From the NCBI GenBank assembly GCA_026770705.1, contig JANJGN010000015.1:16430001-16494000 (forward strand): 64,000 nucleotides of DNA. Direction: 5' to 3'. Made by a program: the position numbers and the translations under genes. Origin of the DNA: Isurus oxyrinchus (taxonomy: Eukaryota). Shown in pieces: positions 11,247 to 24,354 of this stretch (positions are counted from its first letter, which is position 1; every line of letters begins with the position of its first letter). The notes under the pieces are model-generated. The model worked only from the letters and a program-made list of their open reading frames with translations. It made no database searches and had not been told where the DNA came from.

Positions 11247-13030
11247 TGCAGAGGTTTAAGTTTAATTCCAGACTAAGGGACCCGGGAGAGCCCATCGCAA
11301 CCTATATAGTGAAGTTGAAGCAGTCGACTGAACACTGCGACTTTGGAAAGATATTAAAATGATACACCGCCAGACCGATTCGTTTGTGGAGATCGTGACG
11401 ATACCACTCAGCGCAGTTTACTCGCAGAGGTCAACATCGACTTGAAGCGCGGCCTGGAACTATCACTCACCGTGGAAAGTGCTGCAAGAGACTCGCAGGC
11501 TTTACAACACATACAAGCTGTTCTTCATGTGGGGCAGGAACGTACCGACAGGCGTGGCACAAAAACCAGAGACACAGCAGCGAAGAGAGAGGCAACATCT
11601 GCTGTTAGAAATATGAAAAGGCCCTAGTAGAAACACTTCAGCAGCAACTCAATGTTAATCTGTTATAGATGTGGGAGTGACCACAGAGCAGACACTTACA
11701 GATTCAAAGGGGCAGAATGCCATTACTGCCATAAGAAAGGTCACATAGTAAGGCAATACAGGGTGAAGTCGAAACAGCCTGTAAAGCAGCAAAACAACCT
11801 GACTGAATTGAAAAATACAGCAGAACCTGAAGCTACCGATACCGACATCTATTCCCTGTATAATGTCACAGCTGTAAAAACCAAACCTATCACTGTTCAC
11901 AATCCAAGTTATTTGGAAGCCACTAATAATGGAGGCGGATACAGGAGCCTCAGCCACAGTGGTGGGAAATCACACATTTAAATACCTCAGTGAAGGTACC
12001 CAGCCACTGAATCTGGAGCAAACAATCGCTTAATTGAAGACACGCACAAGAGAATGCATATAGGTAAAGGGCATCCCCACGGTACCTGTGTCTTAAAGGC
12101 AACAGAAAGCTCAGTTTCCAGTGATAATAGTGACAGGAGAAGGAGTTAGTCTTCTGGGCCGAGACTGGTTACAAAAAAATCAGCCTGACTGGTCTGAAAA
12201 ATTTCAAGTGAGAACAGGAGGAGCTCCCGAACAGCTAAGGAAATACAACAGTGTATTTCAGGATGAATTGGGGAAGTTATAAGCAAAAATATATGTGGAC
12301 CCTCAGGCGACACCCTGTTTATTTGAGGCCAGACCTGTGCCTTATGTCCCAAAGGAGAAGGTGGATGCAGAACCGAGCTGGTTAGCAAAGCTGGGCATCA
12401 TCCAGCCAGTCCCATTTTCAGAATGGACAGCGCCCATAGACCCAGTGATGAAACCTGACCAAACTATATGCATTTATGGGGACTATAAATTGACCATGAA
12501 CAAAGCAGCCAAACTAGATAAGTACCCTATTCTAAGGATAAACGACTTACGTGCTAGGCTGGCTGGTGGCAAATACTATACAAAATTGGATATGAGACAT
12601 GCCTACCAACAACTAGAGCTGGATAGCACATCTAGAGGATATATAACCATCAATACGCACGAGGGTCTGTACCAATATACTTGCCTACCCTTTGGAGTAT
12701 TGTCTGCATGTGTAATCTTCCAAAAGACCATGGAGATTCTCTTGCAAGGACTTCCCCGATAGTAGTTTACCCAGATGATGTTCTGATCACAGAGTTAACA
12801 GAAACTGAACACTTGGCCAACCTGGAAGAGATGCTAAGAAGATTCTTGGAAGCCGGTGTATGATTAAAGAAAGAGAAATGTACATTCCAAGTGCCGGGAG
12901 TTACTTACCTGGGTCACAGGGCAGATGCCATGGGTTTGCATCTGGTAGAAGAGGAAGTTAGGGCAATCAAAGGTGCACCCTCTCCATCCAGTGTAACCCA
13001 ACTCAAATCTTTCCTAAATATGATCAGCTA
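11247..13030 (+). mobile_element. Gypsy (Mag-like) internal fragment, gag C-terminus to protease and RT; pseudogenised, no LTR seen
   Basis: Zn knuckles CYRCGSDH..CHYCHKKGH; protease MEADTGASATVV; RT ARPVPY..GIIQPVPFSEWTAPI..GDYKLT..KLDMRHAYQQLEL..LPFGV..FQ..VYPDDVLI. Stops and frameshifts present. Confidence 0.9.
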
Positions 13031-14016
13031 TTGTATTGTTTGTTACATTTCACCCTTTTTTATTAGTTTCACCAGTGACTTCTCAGTTACGCCACTGGAC
13101 CAGCTCCTTGTTGAAACTTGAGGACCAAGATTTCTCATTGAGAATAATGGTGAGACTGGCAGCACTCACTGTGTAATGGAATAAGTTGGACAGGAACTCC
13201 CAGAATGTGTACATGTGAAGTTAAACACTAAAATCTGGAAATTGCTGTCCGGATTACCCTACTCATTTGTAGGCTATGCTTACTCCCCATGAACTCAGCA
13301 TTGAATTGAATTTCCTTAAAAATATCTGCATATGTTCTTGAAGTGCCATAACTTAGAAGGCTACAGACCAAGAACCAGAAAGGACAATTACACTTGATAG
13401 CTCTTTGTCAGCCAGCAGAGGCAGAGTGGGCTGAATGGCCTCCTTCTATGCTGTAAATTTTCTATGTTTGTAAATCTATGTAAGAGCATGAAGTTGATGT
13501 ACTTACCCACTAGTTACTCACTAAGCATAGCAGATAGAGTTACAGCTGGTGCATTCAGGTGTAAATTAATTTTTCAAACCGTGATAAATCTTAATTACTA
13601 CCAAATAACCTCTGTGACACTGAAAATTCAATGTTACAAGTGTGGAGTTTCATTCCTTCAAAATTTAATTTATGTTAGAGGTTTAATTTGTTTTAATTTT
13701 TATTTGTCTCTTTAACGTCTTAAGTCCATCTTTCTCTTTATTTTGCTTTCTGTGCACATGTTTGCAATAAAATCAATCAAATTTATATTTTCTGGTTTAT
13801 ACTATGCATGACTTAGTGAGGGCTCTTCAGCCTGATCAGTTAAGAGTCTCATGCTGTTGCTTGCCTGCTCTCACACTCCACAGATCTCAAATAGAGGGTG
13901 TCATGCTAGATCAGACACCCAATGACAATAAGGTGCCCATGAATAATCTGGGAGCAGCCATGAGCCTGATGACCAGCAAGCACTGGTCCTTTGTCACTGA
14001 CAACAAAATCCAAGCC

Positions 14017-14787
14017 AAGTCCAGGATTTTTAGGATGGCAGGGTTTCCCTTCCCGCCATCCCTGGAGTCAGTGGAGAACATATCCCCACCGAAACTTCCT
14101 GCCTCACAACCATTTAATGCTCCAACAAGGGTTAGTTGGCCAGAAGAGGGACTTCCACCCCTCGCTCAAGAAGGAGTTCCATCACAGAGTAGCTGTCAAA
14201 TCCCAGCAGTGCCAGACACAGTAGTGGACAAGACTAGCGCTGCAAGCTGTTCCCACAGTCTAAGCCCTGGGAGAGCAGGACTAGGTAAATTTGGGGGGGT
14301 CTAGTGGGGAGTGGGGGAGGGGGGCAGGTTTGGGTGGAGGTGAGACCAAAGTGGGCAGGTAGAAGGGGGTCGAGGATGTTAATGGAGAGGCCAGGGGTGC
14401 AGGGAATACCTGTGGACCTTTTGGAACAAAATACCCTTTAGCCCAATGTTGAAGGGAGGCCATTGATGGAACCACAACCTTCCCTAACCTTCCCAGCCGA
14501 GGTCTGAGCAGGATCACTTTATTGGGCTTCCCCCCTGCCCCTGAATGCTTCCTGCCAGCCTGAAAATTGAGTCTAGGTGGAAAATGGCCTTTAAGTAGCC
14601 AATAATTGGCCGCTTAAGGGCATCCGTTTGGGCAAGGGAGGACGAGCTGGCCTGGGCCTCGTCCGTCCCAGAGTAAAACTGCAGGAGGTTGGGGCGGGCA
14701 GGACCTCAGCGGGAGGGTCCCCAAAAAATTTTACAGCCACACCCCCGTCGACAAACCCGCCGGCGCACGAATATAAAATTCTGCCCA
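14017..14787. mobile_element. Harbinger-type MITE
   Basis: Right TIR aaaattctgccc at 14776..14787; degenerate left end gtccaggatttt; ggccttt/aattggccgcttaaggg core shared with other MITEs. Confidence 0.6.
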
Positions 14788-15149
14788 AAGATTTGTCTCT
14801 TCACTTCGACTGATAGTTACGTGTTCAATGTATGTATTTGCATGCATTTGTATTTGCATATATAATGACATTCCTGTAAATTATTTATAGGTGTTCGGAG
14901 GCTGTGTATTATAGGCTCCTACACCTGTTTGAGATTGGCCATTATAATCCAGCTAGAGTGTGGATGAGAAACACCGGTGAGTTTCCTTCTCTTGCATCAA
15001 CTAATGACTCTTCCCTGATTAAAACCCCACTCTACCCAAATAACACCCAGAAAATGTTGAATCTGCTTCCTTCACTTGAAATTTTCCCTGGGCTCAATTC
15101 AAAGACGTACAAATATGTTCAACGTAACATGTTTTTTTCTGACACCATC

Positions 15150-15353
15150 TGTGATGAGTCTATGGAGCAGACTGGTTGCATCAAGAAACAGTTAAACTTT
15201 ATTACAGAGACATTTTTAGCACTTGCACTCTCGGCCAGATCTCTCATCGGAAAAGCCCCACCCCGCACTAAGAGCTCGCTGGTTGGAGCCCCCACAGTAT
15301 GGCACGTGACCCATGATTGTCAGGAGGGAGTGACAAAACGTCCAGTTACCACC
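15150..15353 (-). repeat. 3' LTR of the Gypsy element
   Basis: tgtgatgagtctatggagcagactgg..ccagttaccac; direct repeat of 20900..21113. Confidence 0.9.
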
Positions 15354-17039
15354 TTTCCACCCCCTTTAGATTTTTTTTACAATTACTCTTTGTAGAAAAA
15401 ACATTTAAACAATCCAACAAACATATATACAATTTCAGGTGATTATAAATCAAGTCTCTGAGGTGCTCTTCTTATACAGCTAGAGTGGGTTAGCTCTAAC
15501 ACTGGAGGTTCCTGAACTGGATCGACAGGATCTGGAGCTGCACTGTGAGACATCATCGGAACTAGGAAATTCAGGATTTGGCAACTCCTCTGGAACATCT
15601 GGAATGTCTGTTCTAGGTCGATCACACACCTTAGAAGCTGATGGTTCAACATTAATCACAGCTTGATCAGTTAATTGTTAGAATGTCTCTCTGGCACGGA
15701 TGTGACCTATGTGCTTACAGACAATTCTATCTCCCACTTGTACTTGGAAAGATAGTGGACCAGTCTCTGAGACAATGCCTCCCGGAGCCCAGCAGGGTCC
15801 ATTGCTGAAATTTCACGTGTATACCGTTCACCTACACTAAATGTGCAAGCTTTACTATGTATGTTGTGGTTAAATTTCTGATTACCCTGGTTCTGCGCTA
15901 CCTTCCCCTCTAAATTCAGAAATACTAAGTGTAAGCGTACACACTGATGGCTTTTCATTAATAACTCTGACGCTGGTGAACCCGTAGTCGAATGTGGCAT
16001 TATATGATAACTAAAGAGAAACCAGAAAAGTCGAGAATCCGGAGTGCCTTCCAATAACTTTTCCATACTAGACTGAAAAGTTTGTATGGTCCTCTTGGCT
16101 AGACCATTCGATGAGGGATGCCAAGGGACTGTTCTAATATCCCGGATTCCAATCAAATCCATAAATTTCTGAAACTCGGTGCTGGTAAAGGCCAAACCAT
16201 TATCCGAAATGATGATTTCAGGTAGGCCATTTATGTTGAAACTGTGATATAGCTTCTCGATAGTTACATTTGACTTTGGCGATTTAGCTTAGTACACATC
16301 CATTCATATCGAATGTGCATGTACAATTAACAAGAACAAGGTACCTAGGAATGGACCTACATAATCAATATGTAGTCAAACCAGGGTTGACCAGGCCACT
16401 CCCACAGATGCAGGGGAGATGAAACAGGCAACTTCTGTTGTTGCTGACACTGGAGACAGTGCTTGACCATGCTTTCAATGTCACTGTCAATGCCTGGCCA
16501 CCAGACATAGCTTCGCACAAGCATCTTCATCTATGATATGCCTGGATGTACACTGTAAAGCTCTGTCAAAAGTGGCCTCTTCCTTGTGAAGGGATGACGA
16601 CTCTTGAAGCCCATAACAGAACTCCATCTTGACAGCTTAATTCCGTGTTTCTGACACGGAATGGTCTCAGTTCCTCAGATACAGGCGAGTTTGGCCATCC
16701 TTGAGAAACAAAGTCCCTGACTTTTGACAGTATTGGATCTCTGTTCATCCAACTTCTAATTTGTTTCACACACACAGGCGAAGAACCCAAGAAATTCAAT
16801 AATAGCACAACTTGGTGTGGTACAGGAGTATTTATAGTTTATAATACTATCTGATAATGGGTGATGACTGAGTGCGTCCACATTTGCAACATATAAGCCA
16901 GGGCAATACATAAAAGTATACTCATACGCAGATAATGTCAAAGCCCAGTGTTGTATTCTTGCTGATGCTATTGGCCGAGTGACCTTAACCTCACTGAATA
17001 ATCCCATTAATGGTTTATGGCCTGACACAATGGTAAAAT

Positions 17040-18457
17040 AAAAACAGAATTACCTGGAAAAACTCAGCAGGTCTGGCAGCATCGGCGGAGAAGAAAAGAG
17101 TTGACGTTTCGAGTCCTCATGACCCTTCGACAGAACTTGATTTCGAGTCCAAGAAAGAGTTGAAATATAAGCTGGTTTAAGGTGTGTGTGTGGGGGGCGG
17201 AGAGATAGAGAGAGAGAGAGGTGGAGTGGGGGTGTGGTTGTGTGGACAAACAAGCAGTGATAGAAGCAGATCATCAAAAAATGTCAGCGACAATGGTACA
17301 ATAGAACACATAGGTGTTAAAGTTAAAGTTGGTGATATTATCTAAACGAATGTGCTAATTAAGAATGGATGGTAGGGCACTCAAGGTACAGCTCTAGTGG
17401 GGTGGAGGGAGCATAAAAGATTTTAAAATATTTAAAAATAATGGAAATAGGTGGGAAAAGAAAAATCTATATAATTTATTGGGGAAAAAAAAAGGGGGAA
17501 ACAGAAAGGGGGTGGGGATGGGGAAGGGAGCTCACGACCTAAAGTTGTTGAATTCAATATTCAGTCCAGAAGGCTGTAAGGTGCCTAGTCGGAAGATGAG
17601 GTGTTGTTCCTCCAGTTTGCGTTGGGCTTCACTGGAACAATGCAGCAAGCCAAGGACAGACATGTGGGCAAGAGAGCAGGGTGGAGTGTTAACATGGCAA
17701 GCGACAGGGAGGTTTAGGTCATTCTTGCGGACAGACTGCAGGTGTTCTGCAAAGCGGTTGCCCAGTTTACGTTTGGTCTCTCCAATGTAGAGGAGACCAC
17801 ATTGGGAGCAACGAATGCAGTAGACTAAGTTGGGGGAAATGCAAGTGAAATGCTGCTTCACTTGAAAGGAGTGTTTGGGCCCTTGGACGGTGAGGAGAGA
17901 GGAAGTGAAGGGGCAGGTGTTACATCTTTTGAGTGGGCATGGGGTGGTGCCATAGGAGGGGGTTGAGGAGTAGGGGGTGATGGAGGAGTGGACCAGGGTG
18001 TCCCGGAGGGAGCGATCCCTACGGAATGCCGATAAGGGGGGGTGAAGGGAAGATGTGTTTGGTGGTGGCATCATGCTGGAGTTGGCGGAAATGGCGGAGG
18101 ATGATCCTTTGAAAGCGGAGGCTGGTGGGGTGATAAGTGAGGACAAGGGGGACCCTATCATGTTTCTGGCAGGGAGGAGAAGGCGTGAGGGCGGATGCGC
18201 GGGAGATGGGCCGGACACGGTTGAGGGCCCTGTCAACGACCTTGGGTGGAAAACCTCGGTTAAGGAAGAAGGAGGACATGTCAGAGGAACTGTTTTTGAA
18301 GGTAGCATCATCGGAACAGATGCGACGGAGGCGAAGGAACTGAGAGAATGGGATGGAGTCCTTACAGGAAGCGGGGTGTGAGGAGCTGTAGTTGAGGTAG
18401 CTGTGGGAGTCGATGGGTTTGTAATGGATATTGGTGGACAGTCTATCACCAGTCTAT
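17040..18457 (-). mobile_element. 5'-truncated Penelope-like element (RT thumb, GIY-YIG endonuclease, pLTR end) inserted in the Gypsy RNase H
   Basis: FTCISPNLVYCIRCSQCGLLYIGETKRKLGNRFAEH..EQHLIFRLGTLQPSGLN; FLNRGFP..RVPLVLTYHP. 12-bp TSD CAATGGTAAAAT at 17028..17039 and 18458..18469. Confidence 0.93.
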
Positions 18458-20899
18458 CAATGGTAAAATGTTGTCCATGTAGGCACTTGGGAAACCTTTT
18501 TACACTGAATACTGCTGATGATCCTGCTTTTTCTAACTGAGAATAGCCCTTCTCAGCTTGGGAAAGGGTTCTCGAGACATAGCCAATGGGCCTTTCTGAT
18601 CCATTTTCCATTTTGTGTGATAACACGACTCCTACAGCATAAGGAGAGGCCCCACATGTTAATACCAACTCTTTCAATGGGTCGTAGCGAACTGATAAAT
18701 ACAACAAGTGCAGAAGTTTCTTTGTTTTCACAAAGGCTTCTTCCTGTTGTGAACCCCATGACTAATGGTGTAATTGATCATACCCAGGAAGGACTTGAAT
18801 TTGGTTACATTGGATGATGATGCTGCATCTTTTATTGCCTGAACTTTATCTCCCACAGGATGCAAACCCATGGCGTTCACCCTGTGACCTAGATAAGTGA
18901 CTTCTGCTGCTTGAAATGTGCATTTTTCCTTGTTTAATCATACACTGGCTTCCATGAACCTCCTTAGCACCTCCTCCAGGTTGGCCAAGTGTTTGGTCTC
19001 GGTTGACCATGTGATTAGATCATCACCTAGGTAAACTATCACTTGGGGAGGTTCTTGCAGAAGACTCTCCATTGTTCTCTGGAAAATAGCGCATGTTGAT
19101 GAGATGAAAAGGGTAGACGAGCGTATTGATAGAGACCCTTGTCTGTGTTAATAGTCAAGTATTCTCTCGACATGCTATCCAGTTCTATTTGTTGGTAGGC
19201 GTGGCTCATATCCAGTTTTGTATGGGACTTTCCTCCAGCTATCTTGGCATATAAGTCGCCTATATTTGGAATGGGGTACTTGTCTAGTTTTGCTGCCTGA
19301 TTTACAGTCAATTTAAAGTCTCCACAGGTGCGTATTGTGTGGTCAGACTTAACCACTGGAACTATGGGTGTGGCCCACTCTGAGAACTGGACAGGTTGGA
19401 TGGTGCCTGGCTCCATATCTACCTTTTCTTTCAATGTATAGGGCACAGGTCTGGCCTTAAAGAAACGAGGTGTCACCTGAGGATCAACATATATCTTGGC
19501 GTGCATGCCTTTTAAATTCCCTAATTCATCCCGAAAAACCATGTTGTATTTCCTTTGAAGTTCTGGGATTCCACCTGATTTTCAGTGAAGTATCTCAGAC
19601 CAGTCAAGTTTGATTTTCTGTAGCCAACCCCAACCTAAAAGACTGGGTCCGTCTCCTTTCACTATTGTTACAGCAATTGGGCTATCTGTCACTTGTAAGA
19701 GACTGGGACAGTGGTGATGCCCTTTACTTGATTCTCCTTTATAAGTTCTTAATTTAGTAGGGGTTGTCTGCTCCATGTTTATTGGCTGTCTTCCTTCACT
19801 AAGGTACCTGAAAGCATGCTCTCCTACCACCGTGGTTGAGGCACCAGTATCCACTTCCATTGTAGTGGCTTCTCATTCACTTGTACTGTCACCGACATAG
19901 GCTCATTCTTTCACAGCAGCCACATTATATAAGGAGTAAACATCAGAAGCAGCAGCTTAAGCCTTTCGCCGTGTCCGTTACTTCTATCGTGTTTGTTTGC
20001 TGTTTTGCCGACTGCTTCAACTTTGTCCGGGATTGCCTAACCATGTGACCCTTCTTATGACAGTGATGGCATTCTGCCTCTTTGAATTTACAGGTATCTG
20101 CTCCGTGGTCACCTCCACATCTCTAGCAATTTTGTCTTGAAACCGATGACGAAGTGTTTCTGTTAGGCTTCTTAACGTTTCTCACAGTGGCCATTGTATC
20201 GTGCTTTGATTCTGCAGGTCTAGTTTTCGTGCCACGCTTGGCGGCAGGTTCCCACCCAGCACAATGTACGGCGCCATTATCCATGTGTTGCAAAGCCTGT
20301 GAGTCTCTCGCAGCACTTTCCATGGCGAGGGAGATTTTGAGGGTGCGTTTAAAATTTGTATGGACCTCGGCGATCAATCAGTACTGCATGGTGTCGTCCT
20401 TGACTCCACATACCAATCGGTCCCTCAGCATATCGTTTAAAATGACTCCGAAGTCACAGTATCCCGTTAACGGCTTGAGGTTCACGACGTAGGCTGCGAT
20501 GGACTCTCCCGGAGCCCACACTCTTGAACTGAATTTAAAGTGCTGCATTATCATGGATGGCTTCGGCTGGAAGTGTGTTTTTACTCGGTCCACTAATTCG
20601 CTTTATGATTTGGAATTGGGTGCACTCGGGGCTGTGAAGTTACGAATCAAGTTATATGTTTTACTGCTGTATACACATAGGAGGATCGCTTTCCACTTTT
20701 TTTTGGTAGTTATTTCATTCGCTACAAAGTAAAACCTGAGGCGCTCAACATACCGTCTCCAATCTTCAATATCAGCATCATATGGGTTGATTCTTCCAAG
20801 CAGCGGCACGACTGGTAAGTAGCTTTTTTAAAAAATTTGATTTACTCATAGCAACAGGGTGAGGTGCGGAGCCGAAGTTCATTTACCCCTGTAACCAAA

Positions 20900-21113
20900 T
20901 GCGATGACTGTATGGAGCAGACTGGTTTCATCAAGAAACAGTTAAACTTTATTACATAGACATTTTTAGCACTTGCACTCTCGGCCAGATCTCTCATCGG
21001 AAAGCCCCGCCTCACAGATTGCTCACACTAAGAGCTAACTGGTCGGAGCCCCCACAGTATGTCACATGACCCTTGATTGGCAGGAGGGAGTGACTATACA
21101 TCCAGTTACCACA
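20900..21113 (-). repeat. 5' LTR of the Gypsy element
   Basis: tgcgatgactgtatggagcagactgg..ccagttaccaca with TG..CA termini. Confidence 0.9.
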
Positions 21114-21150
21114 TTATCCTTCCCATAACATAGCACATGTGTTTTATAAA

Positions 21151-23590
21151 CTGTGGACTAATCAACTTGGCAAGGGTAGCCTCAAGGGAGAGCTCATAGA
21201 GTGTATTAGAGATTGTTTCTTGGAGCAATATGTTGTGGAACCAACCAGGGAGCATGCCATTCTGGAATTGGTTTTGTGTAATGAGATCGGATTAATTAAT
21301 GATCTCATAGTAAAGGAACCTCTAGGAAAGAGTGATCATAGCATGCTAGAATTTCAAGTTCAGTTTGAGAGTGAGAACCTTGAGTCCCACACTAGTGTCC
21401 TGGAGTTAAACAAAGGTAACTACATAGGCATGAGGGCAGATTTGACCCTAGTGGACTGGACAGGAAGACTACAAGGTAGGACAGTTGATGAACAGTGGCA
21501 GATATTTAAGGAAATATTCAATTCCTCCCAAGTAAAATATATTCCAAAGAGGAAGAAAGATGGTAAGAGGGGGAAAAAGCATCCATGGCTAAGCAAGGAA
21601 GTTAAAGATAACATAAAGGCAAAACCTAAGGCATACCAAATTGTACAGGTCAGTGGCAGGCTGGAAGATTGGGTAACTTTTAAAGATCAACAAAGGATTA
21701 CTAAAAAAAAATGAAAGGAGCAAAGGTAAATTATGAAAGAAAACTAGCCCAAAATGTAAAAACTGATAGCAAAAGCTTCGACAAGTCTTTAAAAAGAAAG
21801 AGAGCAGCTAAAGTGAATGTTGGTCCCTTGGAGATGAGACTGGGGAGTTAATAGTGGGGAACGCAGAAATGGCAGAGACGCTTAATCAAGGTGGAGGACA
21901 CTAGTACCACTCCAATAGTAACAGGTAGTGCAGAGGGTATAGAGAAGGAGGAACTTAGAACAATCACCATCATTAGCTAAAAAGTACTGAGCAAACTATT
22001 GGGATTAAAGGGTGACAAGTCCCCAGGACCTGATGGTCTACATCCCAGGGTCTTAAAGGAAGTGGCAGTGGGGATAGTGGATGCATTGGCTATAATATTC
22101 CACAATTCCCTGGATTCTGGAAAGGTTCCAGGATTGAAAAAAATGCTAATATAATGCCCTTATTCAAAAAGGGGGGAGGCAGAAAGTAGGAAACCATAGG
22201 CCAGTTAGTTTAACGTCTGTCATTGGGAAATTGTTGGAATACATTATTAAGGAAGTAGTAATGGGGCATTTGGAAAGTCAAAATGCAATCCATCAGAGTC
22301 AGCATGGTTTTATGAAGAGTAAATTGTGTTTGACTAACTTGCTAGAGTTCTTTGAAGATGTGACAATGGGGATCCTGTAGATGTAGTTTATTTGGACTTC
22401 CAGAAGGCCTTTGATAAGGTGCCACACAAAAGATTAATACACAAGATAAGATCACACAGAGTTAGAGGTAATATATTAGCTTGGATAGAGGATTGGCTAA
22501 CCAACAGAAAGCAGAGAGTCGGGATAAATGGGTCTTTTTCTGGATGGCAAGCTGTAACTAGTGGGGTGCCACAGGGTTCGGTCCTTGGGCCCCAATTATT
22601 TACAATTTATATTAATGACTTGGATTCAGGGATAGAAGGTACTATAGCTAAATTTGCAGATGACACCAAAATAGGTGGGAAAGTGAGTTGCAATGAAGAA
22701 ACAAGAAATTTACAAATGGATATGGACAGGTTAGGTGAATGGGCCAACATTTGGCAGACGGAGTTTAACGTGGATAAGTGTGAGGTTATCCATTTTGGTC
22801 AGAAGAATAAAAAGGAGACTTATTATTTAAATGGAGAGAAACTTCAGAATGCTTCAGCGCAGAGGGATCTGGATGTCCTCGTGCATGAATCGCTGAAAGC
22901 TGGTATGCAGGTACAGCAGGTAATAAAGAAGGCAAATGGAATTTTGGCATTTATTGCTAAAGGAATAGGGTATAAAAATAGGGAAGTGTTGTTGCAACTG
23001 TACAAGGCATTGGTGAGACCGCACCTGGAGTACTGTGCACAGTTTTGGTCCCCTTACTTGAGGAAGGATGTAGCTGCATTGGAGGCGGTTCAGAGGAGGT
23101 TCACTAGATTGATTCCAGAGATGCGGGGCTTGTCTTATGAGGAGAGTTTGAGCAGTTTAGGCCTATACTCACTAGAGTTTAGAAGGATGAGAGGAGATCT
23201 AATTGAGGTATATAAGATGCTAAAGGGGATAGACAAAGTAGGCGTGGAGCGGATGTTTCCCCTTGTGGGGCATTCTAGAATGAGAGGCCATAGTTTTAGG
23301 CTAAGGGGTGGTAGATTTAAATCAGAGATGAGGAGGAATTACTTTTCTCAAAGGGTCATGAATCTGTGGAATTCAATAACTCAGAGAGCAGTGAATGCCG
23401 AGACGCTGAATAAATTTAAGGAGGAGATGGACAGATTTTTAATTAGTAACGGGTTGAAAGGTTATGGGGAGAGGGCGGGAAATTGGAGTTGAGGCCGAAA
23501 TGAGATCAGCCATGATCGTATTGAATGGCAGGGCAGGCTCGAGGGGCTGAATTACCCACTCCTGCTCCTAGTTCTCATGTTCTTATATCT
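21151..23590 (+). mobile_element. 5'-truncated CR1 LINE: ORF2 from the endonuclease C-terminus through RT, plus 3' UTR
   Basis: FLEQYVVEPTREHAIL..LGKSDHSML; 366-aa ORF DFQKAFDKVPH..GVPQGSVLGPQLFTIYINDLD..KFADDTK; tail cctgctcctagttctcatgttctt. Frameshifts upstream. Confidence 0.93.
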
Positions 23591-23654
23591 CCATTATCCC
23601 CTTCCACTTTTTTGTTGTTGACTGAAAGTTTCCTTTGAATGGTTTTTTTCAGTT

Positions 23655-23895
23655 TCATCATCCCATTTTTGGCGGCCGTGCCTTCAGCTGCCAAGCTGAA
23701 AATTCCCTCCCTAAACCTCTCCGCCTCTCCAACCCTCTTTCCTCCTTTAAGACCCTCTTCAACCCCTACCTTCCTGGTCAAGCTTTTGCTCGCCTTTCTT
23801 TATATCTCCCTATGTGGCTCAGGGTAACGGGCCAGTGAAACATCTTGGGGAGTCTTGCTGTGCTAAAACTGGTGCCTAAATGCAAGTTGTTGTAG
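23655..23895 (+). mobile_element. L2-type LINE 3' end
   Basis: ggcggccgtgccttcagctgcc..aattccctccctaaacctctccgcctctc..taaatgcaagttgttgt. Confidence 0.65.
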
Positions 23896-24354
23896 TAGAC
23901 CAACATGTTTTCCTGGGACCAGAAGTTGCATTTTGTGATGCAGTGACTGTATATGGTCACCAGGTGGTGCACTTTTATAATTGGACCGGAATTTGCTGGG
24001 AAAATACCAGCGATTTTAATGCACTCACCAGCCCGGCAGCAATGGGAGGATATTCTTTCTCAGTAGTGCCATGGCATGAGATTCAGATCCTGTGTCCACT
24101 GCTACTGTAAAAGGCTGCAGCACACGTGAGAGAGGCATTATTTGTTTCGCTGAGGTGCAGCTGATAAACAGGGACAGAACAAGCAAGAAGGAAAGGCCAA
24201 CAGAGAACGAAGAGCTTAAATCTCTCACCGGCAGAAGTCACACATGTCGACAAGGGATAGGAGTTGGGGGTACAGTATTGCTTTGTGAACCTCAGGAGTC
24301 TAAAGCAAAAGTCAAGTTCAAAACCAGAGATAGGTAGGAAAACAGGTTGTTAGA

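Larger units (their letters stand above)
15150..21113 (-). mobile_element. Full-length, decayed Gypsy (Mag-like) LTR retrotransposon
   Basis: Two LTRs of about 205-215 bp; polypurine tract at 15354..15370; decayed PBS-like site near 20885..20898. gag MPLLGRINPYDADIEDWRRYVERL; protease MEVDTGASTTVV; RT 19039..19542; RNase H; integrase AFTSTEFQKFM..PWHPSSNGLAKR. Flanks ccatc/ttatc may be an eroded 5-bp TSD. Confidence 0.93.

Noticed and set aside
13804-15395. 166-aa and 163-aa ORFs
   Set aside because: They span a MITE and the antisense Gypsy LTR respectively; no recognisable protein features.
22392-23492. 366-aa RT ORF as an active or domesticated gene
   Set aside because: It is the 3' part of a truncated CR1 ORF2 with upstream frameshifts and a deletion.
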